Positions 11,596 to 24,128 of a stretch of 64,000 nt of DNA are shown here, piece after piece. Every line of letters starts with the position of its first letter. Within the stretch, counting starts at the first letter, position 1. The position numbers and the translations under genes are program-made. The notes beneath the pieces were generated by a model. It was not told where the DNA came from, made no database searches, and saw only the letters and a list, made by a program, of their open reading frames with translations. The DNA is from Guillardia theta CCMP2712 (taxonomy: Eukaryota; Protista; Cryptophyta), in assembly GCF_000315625.1 (NCBI RefSeq), contig NW_005434672.1, positions 837,374 to 901,373 on the forward strand, given 5' to 3'.

Positions 11596-14552
11596 ATGAG
11601 AGTTTGGCTCTTGAGTGTCTGCGCTGTTTCCCATCTCTTCAGTTTAGGAGCTGAGACAACTTTTGCTGTGTCGAGTGCTAGGCCTCTGCCCCAGTTTTCA
11701 CCAAACCTTGTTGTTGCAGAGGGGGCAGCTCTTAGGATGGCGGACGAGGCGAACGCTGTGAAGAAACCCGAGTGGATCGAGCCATGCGGGGGATCGGGGG
11801 GGAGAAGAATGCCGCTCATGGTGTCCAACACGCTGACCAGCGGCAAGGTGGAATTCAAACCCAAGGACGGCAACACCGTTCGCTGGTACATCTGCGGGCC
11901 CACGGTCTACGACAGCTCTCACTTGGGGCATGCTCGGACGTACGTGGCATTCGACGTGATCCGCCGTATCCTTGAGAACTTCTTCGGGTTTGACATCTTC
12001 TGCGTTATGAACATCACGGGTGAGTGCTGGAGGGTTTGGTGGGGGTCTGCTGAGGGCTGTGTGTGAAGATGTGGACGACAAGATCATCCTCCGAGCAAGG
12101 AGGAACCATTTGCTCAAGATATACAAGGAGAGCTGTCCTCCTCTAGCTAAGGTGGTGCACGGCCACGGCTGGGCCGATCGTTGTGACAGCTGGGGCAGGT
12201 CATCGAGGATGGAGAGTCCGAACTCGCAAAGGCGAAGAAGAAATTCAATGTGAATGGTTGATACCGCATCGCTACTTTCGTGACGCTTTTGGCAAGGACA
12301 AACTTGCTAAGTTAGAAGAGGATCTAGCAAAGGAAACGAAATCAGGTGAAAGGCACGATGTGTGTTGCTAAAGCATTTTGCCTCTGGACGGTGGCCGGAA
12401 ATTGAACGATGCTCTTTGTTTGCGGTCTAACTTTGAGCCACAAAGGACAAAAGAAAAGCATTCAGGAGGAGATCGACATTTTGAAATACAAGCACAATCA
12501 GGTATATTGATGGTTTCCTCTGAAACCTTGGTCCCTCTTTCACTCCTTGCTTCCCTTCCTCCCCACTGTTGCCCGTCCCGTGCTGGTCACAGTGTTCTAC
12601 TATGTCATCCTTTTGCATCCCTTTGCTCTATTTCATTTCCTCCTTCCGTGCGCTCTTCCTCCGTTGTTGTTCCACCCTTTTTCGATTTCCGTTATCGTTC
12701 GCGCTGAATGAAGAATGTGTAGGTGTTGGCGCAGGAGGAGGCGTTGAAGCTAGCTCAAGCAGGGAAGATGCAAGCTCCAGATCTGATTGACAAGTATGCG
12801 TGGAGGATGGTTGGAGGTGTTTGTGATCGGGCGAGTCAGAGTTGGCGACTTGTTGGCATCGAAGCTGGACGAGGAGCAAGGAGCAGAGATCCGAGACCAG
12901 CAAATCTTTCGCTCGCACGCAGCATTCTATGAGCAAGAGTACCACGAGGTGAAGATTTACTGGGGGAGAGATAGTGCTAGGGGAGGAAGGGAGGTGCTAG
13001 GCAGATGGAAGCGAGGGAAGGAGGCACTAGAGGAAGTGGGAGGGAGGAGGGAGAGGCAGGATGATGTGTAGAGAGCCCAGCAAAGGTCTGACTGTGTCCC
13101 AGGACATGAAGTCGCTCGGCGTCCGGCCTCCCGACGTGCTCACGCGCGTCACCGAGTTCATTCCTCAGATCGTCTCCTACATCCAGAAGATCATCGACAA
13201 CGGCTTCGCCTATGAGGCGCAGGGCTCTGTCTACTTCGACATCCGCTCCTTCAGGTTGCCTGCTGCCCTTCCTCTCCTCTTGGCTGGGCTGACTCTCTCT
13301 CCCTCCCCTCCAGCAAGACCCACAGCTACCGGAAGCTGTCTTGGAACGAAGCCTCGATGCTCTCTGCGCTGGCGGAGGCGGAAGGAGCGCTGTCATCGGG
13401 AGAAGGAAAGAGGACCGAGTTCGACTTCGCGCTGTGGAAGAAGTCGAAGCCGGGAGAGCCCTCTTGGGAGAGCCCGTGGGGAGGGGGCAGGCCGGGCTGG
13501 CACATCGAGTGCTCAGTGATGGCATCGGAGATTCTGGGGGACACGCTGGACATCCACGGGGGTGGAATTGACCTGTGCTTCCCTCACCATGACAACGAGC
13601 TAGCACAAGCGGAAGCCTACTACGGGCATCAGCAGTGGGTGAACTACTTCCTGCACAGCGGGCACCTGTACATCGGGTACCAGAAGATGTCCAAGTCGCT
13701 CAAGAACTTCTTCACCATCCGTGAGATCCTCAAGGGAGGGAGCACGATGAAGGTCTCGGAGGAGGAGAGTGTCGTGCTGCCCGCCTACTCCCCCCGTCAG
13801 CTCCGCATCCTCTTCATGATGCACGAGTGGGACAAGCCCATGTACTTCTCCAAGGACACGCTGGACGTTGCGGTGGGGAAGGAGAAGACCTTCAAGGAGT
13901 TCTTCGGGGCCGTCAAGGCCATGGCCAGGGAGGACGTGAAGGGCGTCTCGTCTCTTCCGCAGGCATGGGGGGAAGCGGAGAACGTGCTGAACCGCAAGAT
14001 CGAGGACGCTCAGAAGGAGATTGCTGCTGCTCTTGCCGACAACTTCAACACGCCGCAGGCCCTCCTGCGGCTTCAGGACCTCGTGACCTCTTGCAACATC
14101 TACATGAACAGCCCCGACGCCCGCGCCAAGTTCCTCCTTGTGAACAAGGCTGCCGTCTACATCTCCAAGATCTTCCGGGTCCTCGGCATCGACGACAACG
14201 GCTCTGACTTCCCCTTCCTCACCAGCGCGGGGGCGGGAGGGGACGAGGAGGTTCTGTCCTCCGCCCTCGACGCCTTCTGCTCCCTCAGGGAGGACATCAG
14301 AGCCGCGGCCCGAGCGAAGGAGGAGGCAGAGTGGTTCAAGGGCAAGGTGCAGACAGTCAAGTCCGCGGTCCTCAAGGAGCTTCACGAGGCGGCGAAGAGC
14401 CGGAGCTCCCTCCTGCCGCAAGTTCTCTCCGCCTTCGAGGGCTGGGTCGAGTCAGTAGCGCAGGCGGCAAGCGCTGGATCAGCCGCCTCCGACTACCTCG
14501 AGCTCTGCGACAGGGTTCGCGACGACGTGCTGCCTGCCATCGGTGCACCCCT

Positions 14553-14607
<55 letters not shown>

Positions 14608-15872
14608 CTTGCCTCCCTGTCCCTTGCTTCTCCTGTTTTTCTGCCTGTTCTTCCTGCTGTTCTGGAACACTTTCCCAAAATTTTGCTCTCGGATTCTTTC
14701 CCCAACCTACAATGCTGTTGCTCTTTCTTCTTCTTACTCTCCTCCTCCTCCTCTCTGCCTCCCTGCCTTCTCTTTGCCTTCTCTTCCATGGCTGCTCTTC
14801 TGCCTCCTCTTACTCGTTCTCAGGGGTTCGCCTCGAGGACAGGCCCGACGGGTTCCTTTGGAAACTCGACGACCCGGAAGTCCTTGCGAGAGAGAGGCAG
14901 CAGAAGCTGATGCAGGCTGCCGAAGCGCAGAAGAAGAAAGTAGAGAACAAGCTTGAAAAGGTTCCTTTGCCCTCTCCTCTCCTCCTCCCTCCGTCTGATT
15001 CCCTCCACTGGATCCTACCTTTTCGTCACCTTCCCAATCCCCCTTCTGACCTCCCCTTCTCCTTCCCCTCCCATTTACCTTCCTCTCCTTTTCTTTACCT
15101 CTTCCATCGCTCTTCCTCGCTGACTCGTACCATTTTCAGGTGAGGAAGGAGCTGGAGAAGTGGAGCGGGTGCAGCGTAGCAGCGGGAGAAATGTTCAAAC
15201 CTCTCACAGACAAGTACTCCAAGTTTGACGACCAGGTTCACTACCTCCCTTCTTCCCTTCCCGCAACCACCCGCCCTTTTTACCATCTTTCTCCCACTTG
15301 ACCCCCTCCCTCCCTCCCTCCCTCCCTCCCTCCCTCCCTCCCTTTTCTTTCCTCCCTGTGTGTGCAGATACTCCCCTCCTATCTTTCGCATCCTGCCAGC
15401 TTGCCTCCCCTTCCCTCACGCCCTCGCCTCACGCCAAGAGCAGGGCATCCCCACGCACAACGCAGCAGGAGAGGAGCTGAGCAAGAAACAGCGACAGGCA
15501 TCTCACACCTTGAGAGTAGGAGTGTCTGATGCATCGCAGGGGGTGGAAAAAGACTACAAGAAGAGAGAAGCGGATCATGCCAAGGTCCTCCTTATCCCCC
15601 CAACCCCCCCACCCGACCCCTTCTCTGCTCTTCCCCCGGCTTCCTCCCTAATTTCCAGCTTCCTCCTCCTCCCTGCCTCCTCTCCCTGCCTCCTCTCCCT
15701 TGCTCCCTCCGCTCCCATCTCACTTGGCCCTGTCAGTTCCTTGAGCAAGGTGGACAATCCTTCCTGGAGGGCAAGAGGTCGGAGATCGCGCAACTGGTGC
15801 GTATGCTCCTTCCTTGCCTCGCATTTCTGACTGTCTGAGCAGGAGGAGCAGCTCAAAGCTCTCACTACATGA
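11596..15872 (+). CDS. CARS: Cysteinyl-tRNA synthetase, eukaryotic type (multi-exon; conserved core starts at ATG 11737)
   Basis: [18 protein letters not shown] (HIGH motif), [83 protein letters not shown]. Confidence 0.96.
14553..14606 (+). repeat. (CTGCTC)n hexamer microsatellite in a CysRS intron
   Basis: Directly visible tandem array of about 9 units. Confidence 0.9.
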
Positions 15873-15952
15873 GGATGTAACTCCTTGCTTCCTTCAATGA
15901 ATCGTGTGCTCCCTGCCCCAGCACATCTTCACTGCTCTGCTCCCCGGGCAGG

Positions 15953-16130
15953 CTCCCCTGTCCTCGCTCTGCTCCTACCCTCCCCTGTCCTCGCTCTGCT
16001 CCTACCCTCCCCTGTCCTCGCTCTGCTCTTACCCTCCCCTGTCCTCGCTCTGCTCCTACCCTCCCCTGTCCTCGCTCTGCTCCTACCCTCCCCTGTCCTC
16101 GCTCCGCTCTTACCCTCCCCTGTCCTCGCT
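15953..16130 (+). repeat. 27-bp minisatellite (ctcccctgtcctcgctctgctcctacc), ~6.5 copies
   Basis: Near-identical tandem units just downstream of the CysRS stop codon. Confidence 0.92.
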
Positions 16131-16247
16131 CCTGCTCCAGCCTCTCGCTACTGTCCTCTAGCGCAGACTTCTTCCGCCTCCCCCAACAAACTTGAGAGTC
16201 AAGCCAGCCCAGCGGATTAGTGAAGGGGCTCATACAGCACAGCACCT

Positions 16248-16382
16248 ATGCAATGGAAGCGGGGGGGCGAGGCGACTGAGGCGACCATGGTACCTAGGAG
16301 AAGCGGAAGCGAGGGGAGAGCAGGAAGGAGGGAGAGGAGCAGATGTCTGCGCTCAGGAAGTAGAGGAGGAGGAGGAGGAGCA

Positions 16383-16414
<32 letters not shown>

Positions 16415-17057
16415 AGGGGGCGCAGCAGCAGGAGCAAGGTTCTCATCACGCTGCCTCGTCATGTTTGGTATGCAACCTTCCATGCTCTTCGTCGCTCTCT
16501 CCATGACATTCACCTTTCTAGTTGTCTTGACCGTCTCACTTCAAGTCCCTCCTGCCTCCTGTACCGCAAGAGACATCCCTGAACTCCCTGCTGTGCTGAA
16601 CCATCTCCAGGTTTCCACCTCCCGCTCCTCGTCAGAACCTCTCATCCCTCCATCGCTCTTCGAGGACATGGCGTCACCTTCAAGAGCCTCAACAGGTGCG
16701 GAGAGATGGTCGTCATTTCCAGGCCTTCACATGCTTCTCCTCCTATGTAGAAAGGACCTCATGTTGCGGTGCCAAAATCAAGACCCTCAGGGTGATGAGC
16801 TGTGGATCGACAGGTTGTTCTCACCGCTCGTAGAAAAGGTGATCCCCACCTCATTCGCTCCCCTCCCCCGCCTCCCTCCCTCCCCCCATCGATCCATCCC
16901 TTTCTCGCTTGCTCGCTCGCTCCCTTCTTCTCTCCTTACCCTCCCTCCCTCCCTTGCCGTCTCTCTTCCCCTTGCTCACTTTCTCTCTCATCAGCCTCCC
17001 ATCACATCTCACTTCTTCCCTCTACATCCTCTCCTTCCTTCTGACAAACTTATCTGA
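16248..17057 (+). CDS. Possible hypothetical membrane protein with poly-Gly/Ala N-terminus (probably spliced)
   Basis: ORF with a (GGC)n tract and a hydrophobic segment MLFVALSMTFTFLVVLTVSL; the 3' part runs into CT-rich intron-like sequence. Confidence 0.3.
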
Positions 17058-17705
17058 AACGCTCCGTTACATGCTTCTAGTTCTCGGAGTTGAATGCAGA
17101 GGAGCAGCGAATCATCGCCGCCTTATATCAAAGTGCATATTTCTGTCTCTGTCTCTACGTTGGAGTGCTTCTAGTCAAGATATACAAGGTACTTCAAGCA
17201 TGTTGGTCCAGTGCAACTCTGACTAGGAAGCAGGCGAGCTTGTTCTCAACAAATTACTTCTGATGTGGCAGTGAGGTAGTCTACACATTGGTTTGTGACT
17301 AGGAAGGTCAACCATATTTGAGAGATACCTGTACTATCAAGTTGCTACAAATGTCAGGGCAATGAATGAATCGGTTCCTATCATACGCGCGATGTGATTC
17401 GCAGTGCCTGCAGTCTTTTTTTTTTCTAAGATTCTATTCGCATCCTTGCAAAACCACGTCACGAAAAATTTAACTGAGCTCATGGCGTTCGCTCACGAAA
17501 GAATTTCCGACAACTCCACTTGATACGCATATCCACCGATGCGAACGTGAATCAAGGATGTTTGCAAGTCATTTAAAAGGCCGAGAAAGCGCTTGGTGCA
17601 GAGATTCATGAAAATTGAAGAAGCTGCAGATGGAACAACTTGCGCATTTCATATTCATAACGGCGGCCTAGCCACTTCAAGGATCTTGCCTTCTTCAAAA
17701 CTGGT

Positions 17706-18519
17706 TCACGACCAACGGACAACCATCACACTGATGTTGTCCTTGCCTCCATTATCCAATGCGGTCTGAATAAGTTTCTGCGACATAGCCTGCGCATCTG
17801 GCTCATCCTTGACTAGATCAACTGATTCCTGGTCGCTGCAGACGTCCCACAACCCATCACAAGCAATAATCACGAAGGTGTCACCATCAGTCAGATCGTC
17901 TTCCCAGAAATGAGGCTCGCTAATCACACTCTGCTTCATCGCGTGATCCCCTAGGGCTCTCGAGACTGCCAGGACGCCGTGAACGCGATTCATCGACACC
18001 CAACCACCACTGGCGGTGACGCGATCCTGTTCCTCCTGGTCGGAAGCTTTATGATCCTTTGTCAAACGAACAGCCTTCCCATCTCGGCATAAAACTGCCC
18101 GAGCGTCACCAGCATTGGCAGCATACAGCTTCCGGGTCCCATTCGCTTCCTCACGAATCAAACATGTGACAGCCGTTGCACCCATGTACAAAGCGTCGAA
18201 TTTCAGTCTATCATCCATCTGCTCATATGCGCTCATAAAACTAGCTTTCACCGATCCATTTTTCCCTGGAGCAAGCTCCTTCTCCAGGAATTTGTGCAAT
18301 TCGGCGGACGCAATGTCCGCCGCCTCTTTGCCGCCGTGACCATCATACACAGCAAAGAATCCAGCAGATTCATCTCCCATGAATGGCACTTGTATCACGT
18401 GTGTGTCCTGTCAGTTGTTCAGACAACCCATCGAGCAGCACAGTGCAAAGAACCTCCATCGACTTCCTCCACTTGAGGTTCTCATCCTCGGAGAAGCCAA
18501 CATCAAAGTTCAGTACCAT
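17706..18519 (-). CDS. Protein phosphatase 2C (PPM family), 2 exons
   Basis: MVLNFDVGFSEDENLKWRKSME|DTH..., FFAVYDGHGG, ANAGDARAVL, DHK, GVLAVSRALGD, IIACDGLWDV, GGKDNISVMVV. Confidence 0.95.
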
Positions 18520-20464
18520 GCTTTGCAGCTAAGACGTAATAAAAAATCCAAATGTTCAGCGTTCTGCTGCTTCAAAGCTGATAAAAGGATCGTCGCAAAT
18601 TATGCCATCTACAGGTCTTCTAGGGGCAATCCTGGCACTGGAATGAAGTCAGGACACTAGAACAGGACGAGTTCGAAGTATGGTAGAGGCACTTCTTGAT
18701 CTACCACATGTTATCTATACATCACACCAACAAGGAGGACATCCTGTTGCATTGGCGACAGAGCAAAGGAAGCGCTCACGGAAAATACGTCTTGGCTTAA
18801 CAAGGTGCAGAGAATAGCACTTGCCAACTATCTTTACACAAGAACAGCATAAATGAGGAACTCATATAGAGTCTGATGCAATGCGAGAGGAACTTAAAGG
18901 TATTTCGGTCAATCGTGCATGAATCGCTAGCAAGCATCAAAGAGAGATAAAGTGGAGGAAACAAAAACATAATTCCGCGGCAGAGTCCCCTTTCCTCCTC
19001 ACCATCGATACCTAAACACCCAAATATGACAAGGATTTCAACTACATGGATTAACTCGATCTCAAACCATTGCATGCTCTCTCTTCAGCGCATTAACCCA
19101 TCCTTTCTATCCATCCTCCTGCCTATCTCGCCATGCGCGGCGGCGGCGCGGCACAGCACCCGTTCGACCGGGGACAGCTGTTACCACAGGGGGTATTTTG
19201 GTTCGTACAACTCAAAACCTTGGTTTTCAAAATGCTTGTGATTTGTACTCCAAAAATGCATCAATATAATGTAAGTAAAAACTGATAGTATGAAGAAAAG
19301 GTACTGGGTGGGAAGTTATTAGTTGCTGGCTGCTGTACCGGTAGAGGACCTGCAGCCTAGATGGGTCCTATGAGACATACAATTATCCGTAGCATTCTAT
19401 GACCTGGTATGAACTCTCTACAGATTCACAGAACATCACAGGAAGTAACGAGGTAATTCCCGGCATGACCCATGTCGACCCCCTTCATCCACCCTTTATC
19501 CTTTTGTTTTAGAACTACAGGGGTGGGTACTTCGGCTACCCGTCTGATTATACATCTCCTACCCCCCACCCTCTAAATGGCTACCCCTACCCGCTTGTTT
19601 CCACAATTCCATTATCGCCACACCCATTTTTGGAGGTACCCTACCTACCCCTCAGAATCAAGAACCTTTTTAACACCAGGTCTGGATTGGATAGGACCCC
19701 TACCCCTCCGTTCCACAACGAGCCTTTCTGATCCATTTGATACCCCTACTACAACGAAATCACCCCACCCTTTATCCGTGACTTCATTCACCCTACCCAA
19801 GCAGTCTCAACACAAAACCAGCACCAGCACCCCTCCAATGTAGACGAAATAACCCCATGATTGTATCTGTGGTAGGCCTTTGGGGTACCGTTCACTGCCC
19901 TGCACCCCTTTCCTAGCCACCCCACCCCTAGAATATATAGGTCTTGCAAACCAGGATATCATAGTCATCCAGGAACATCAGGCTTGAGGGGTCCTGACTG
20001 TTTTTTTTGTCAGTCTGCTCGTCACTTCACTCCCGGCGGCCGGCTCATATCATGGCACCGGCGGCGAGTCAGCAGGGCCCACTGGCACCGCCGCGGGCCG
20101 TGCCCGCCGGGCCGCGCCCACAGGGCCGGGCGGGCCCGGCCCGGATCGGACCGTCCGGGATCATCCGCCGGCCAGGGCCGCTCGAACTCGGCCCCGTCAG
20201 ACGGTCACCGGTGCCAGGACGGGGTCCCGGGCCGGTCCGATCAGTCGCCGGTCTGCCCCGGTCACTACTGTCAGTGTGACTCCGGCGGCCGCGGACCCGG
20301 CCCGGCCCGGTGACAGCCTGAGTGTGACCGTACACTAACGCCGCCCGGCCCGGCCCGGCCCGCGGAGGAGTCCCGCCACTTCAACTTGCAGGCTTGAAGA
20401 GTCACTGGCACGCCAGGCTAGCCTGGCAAAAACATTGAAACACTGCCGCTTACGTTGAAGCAGT

Positions 20465-20485
20465 CTTTACTCAAAGTTAAGTTAA
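20465..20485 (+). other. Conserved 21-bp element CTTTACTCAAAGTTAAGTTAA (copy 1)
   Basis: Exact reverse complement at 45319..45339; function unknown. Confidence 0.7.
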
Positions 20486-20592
20486 GTTAATCTTTCGGGG
20501 ACACAGGGCCCCTTGAGGGGCCCAAATCCCCCCAAAGGGCCCTGATTTGAAGACCCTCATACAGCATCTTCCGAAACGGAGAGGGCGCGAAA

Positions 20593-21093
20593 ATGGTGGC
20601 ATACGAAAGAGGAGGACGGGCACGTTCCGTTGATGAAAACCGCACAAGAAGAGACCCATCCATTGCTGAGATAAGACAACTTGAAGATGACAAAATCTGG
20701 GAAATCGCCGTTTTGTTATCGAAAAGCATGTGCTGCAAACAATTTATGAAAGTGCTTGCAGGCATGTCGCGCAGTGTGAAACGGTTGTATGAAGGACTAG
20801 AATTGAATCATAGGTACCTAATCGAACTTCAGATAGTGAAAACTGGATCATCAGAGCTATATTCATTGTTTTTTGTGCGATCGAAATCAGCAAATTCACA
20901 AAATTTGCTTTTTTCTGCATATTTTGATGTGGCGTTTGGGGAAGATTTCACGGGGAGCGGTGAAGTCTGGGTTGTTTTGGTATTTCATGGACACCCCTCC
21001 AATAGACAGTTGGTTTGGAGACGGATTGAGCTGCCGTGCCGGAGGAATCTTCGAGTTTGTGCTGTGGAAGGAAATTCACAATTTGCTATGTAG
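20593..21093 (+). CDS. Hypothetical intronless protein, possible F-box-like N-terminus
   Basis: 166-aa ORF; IRQLEDDKIWEIAVLL...VLAGMSRSVKRL loosely resembles F-box spacing. Confidence 0.4.
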   Translation: MVAYERGGRARSVDENRTRRDPSIAEIRQLEDDKIWEIAVLLSKSMCCKQFMKVLAGMSRSVKRLYEGLELNHRYLIELQIVKTGSSELYSLFFVRSKSANSQNLLFSAYFDVAFGEDFTGSGEVWVVLVFHGHPSNRQLVWRRIELPCRRNLRVCAVEGNSQFAM

Positions 21094-23037
21094 TCCTCGC
21101 TAGTTCTGTCATGCTCATCAAGTAGGCATCTAAAAACGAGTTGAACCTAACGTCAGTGTCATGACGATATCGTCTCCTTCCTTTTGTGAGATTTCACTTG
21201 CCTATGGATAATTCATATTGAGGTGAGAATATGATGCTTTCATGGGCTCGCGAATGTTGGTGTTGATACGAGTGCAGGAATGTTGGAACTGAGGTTTGCC
21301 CAGGCTTTTCATGTAGGAAACTCCAGTTGTTCACTCGGATATTCATTGCTCGACTCATGGAACTCGATTTAGGCATCTGGAACTCAGTTCGTATCTGAAA
21401 GAAAGCTGCTATCACAGCAAACATGGAGATAATACTCCACTTCCACGCTTGAATTTCGAACAGTATTCTTGAAACTTGTGAAGAAACTTGTCAATCCCAA
21501 TGATGAACACCTAAAACTATGTCTACCATTGCAGTTTGATGCGTGGAGTAGACTTTCTGTGACAGAGCCGCCGAGTTTGAACGCGGACAGGTGTTTTATT
21601 CAGACCTCGCGTCAAACTTGGTTGCAGAAGGTGAAAAAGAGGCCCCTTCCAAATCATGCATTTGCGGACGCAATTGATCATGAACCACCAACGCAACCAT
21701 CTAGAATACAAAGGTGATCACCTCTTGTATGATTCTGATTCAGATTTTCTTAAATTCTTTGACGTTCCATGTTGTCACTCTAGCATAATTGCAAGTATGT
21801 GTCGAAGAGGGGAGGTCAACGAAATAGTTTCGTAATGCAAAATTGAAGCATTTTCCCATTGTCGAGGCTCGTGATGCTTTGCATGTGCTTCCTTGAGATG
21901 ATTGAAGATGGTTGCTCTCTGGTTTTGGTTCATAAATGTGGAAACAAAATCATGAACAATGTAAACCGATCCAATGTTGGAAATTCACATTTAGCAGACA
22001 ATCCCAACAAAATCATGAGCGAGAAATACAAACAAGGTACAATACGCAAGAGAATGAAAGGAATTGTCAGTCATAGATATAGATTTCGAGATCATAAGGG
22101 TTTGAGCGTTGTGCAGCTTCATGATTCCAGTCTATTCACACTGACATTCGGTCTGAATTCGTTGTGTCAGGAATTTACAAGCAGAAAAACTGTATAAAAA
22201 GTCCATTTGTCGTTGTGTAATAAGCCTACACTCAACTATCTCTGACTTGGACAGGTTCAACAGAGTGTAAAACATCGGTTCAGGTGGGGATTAGTGCACT
22301 TGAATGATCTTTCATCGCATTCAGAATGTAGAGAAGAAAATGCAGTACGAATCGACAATGATTACCGATGACAAAAAGAACTGTTGAATCAGTTTGATGA
22401 ACTTCGACATGCTTGCAATATGTTCATAATATGAAAATGCAATCGAATGAAGTGTTCAACACACTCAACATGCTTCCATTGCCATCTTTGGGTTTAGGGT
22501 TCATGAGTTTGGCGAGGCGACCAAATCACATTTTCATATTACAACATGATGAATAACTCATGATGTTACAACTTTCTCGTGAGTCATATACTTTTAGAAT
22601 GATCTTGGTTGTGATTCAAGTGCAAGAAACATGTTAAAATATCAAGCTACATCCTCATCATCAGCTTTCCTGCGACTACCGCGCGCCATTGTTCGGCAGT
22701 AAATAGACCCCCACCACATCTCCAAATACCCCTACCCTATACTTTGACTGCTTTGTGCTTTGAAGCAACCGGGACAAATCAAAAAGCGATGGACCCCTAC
22801 CCTATTAATTTCCCTAACCCTAAGAAAACTTGCCGAAAATCAAGAAAACGGCAAAAATCAAGGTCTGCAATTTGTGTCCCCGAAAGATTAAACAGCTTAC
22901 GCACCGTTCAAGTTCGGCTGTTGTACCGTATGATTCGGGCCGCAGCCTGGCACGCGCCGAACCGGATCATCAGCGGGCGGCGACCGAGGGGCACGGCCGG
23001 AGTCCAGCGGGGACAGGCCGCGCAGAGAGACAAAAAC

Positions 23038-23109
23038 TGACGCGAGAGGGAATCGAACCCCCAACCTTTCGATCTGGAGTCGAACGCGCTACCATTGCGC
23101 CACCACGTC
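23038..23109 (-). tRNA. tRNA-Trp (CCA)
   Basis: GACGTGGTGGCGCAATGGTAGCGCGTTCGACTCCAGATCGAAAGGTTGGGGGTTCGATTCCCTCTCGCGTCA folds as a cloverleaf with A/B boxes, anticodon stem TTCGA/TCGAA and anticodon CCA, followed by a T5 Pol III terminator. Confidence 0.97.
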
Positions 23110-24128
23110 ACGATGGTACTCTTGCGAAATGGAGGTCATGACCTACGGCAATGGCGGCCGCCATCAGGACGGGCTGAATGCAGAGGCCGTGCTGTTCAAG
23201 ACCGCGATGCGCAGTGAAAGTCTGAGGTCTTCGTCTCCTCGCCCTCTCCCCGAACAACCACCATCGACCTTCCACCTCCTCCCCCGCTTCCTTGATAGCG
23301 CTATAGTCTATCCCTCACGTACACTGCAAACCATCCTGTGCTGTCCTCTTTTCCATTCATGTGGCCCCTCCTCCTCCCATCTCCTCCCCCTTCCTCCCTC
23401 TCCGAAAACCGTCAATCTTTGCTGTTGAGAGCATACTCCTGTATCCGCATTCAGACTTCTCTACATACCATATGCGACTGATCCATTTGCTTCTCCCTTT
23501 AGTTCAGACTCCCGCTTCGCGGTGAAACTTTGCGATCTGTTTTCAACAGGATTGCGCAAAAGACCTTTCCCTCCTCCCTCCTACCAGTTTAGTGAAGATT
23601 CTCCATGGCCCCCGTGTTAATTTCTGCATATCCTAAAGAGTTTTATGCTCAACCCTCTGTTCGTAGATGAAAAGCGATAGGCAGTTGAAGGCTACTCATG
23701 CCCTACTCGATCGTGTGATTTGACTGTGCTTGGAGCAAGCAGGAACAAGGGAGGGGAAGTTGAGAGGTATTCTGATGTGGCCATCAAGCCACATGTAGTG
23801 AGCAGAAGGAGCCAGATCGACTGACCAGAGAAGGAGAGAGGAAGGGAAGGGAGGGAGAGCTGGAGAGCAGTCCGTAATCTTATTCTTTTAGAAGAATATC
23901 AATAATGAAAGTTGATACCACCTGGGGTTGGCAAAGGTGCCAGACGCTATGGCAGATGAAACCAATCTTCCCTTCGAATCCCCACCATTCATGACGACCG
24001 TGGAAACCGGAGAGTCAGAGTTGTACATCAGGCCTTTGATAGCCTGAAGCGCAGGATACCCTCGTTTCACAGATGCTGCGGCGAAGGTGCGGCGATGCTA
24101 TCTGCAGCACAAGTCGTGAGAGGGTCGA

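Noticed and set aside
22490-22825. Telomere-like TTTAGGG/CCCTAA words
   Set aside because: Isolated single copies with no tandem array.
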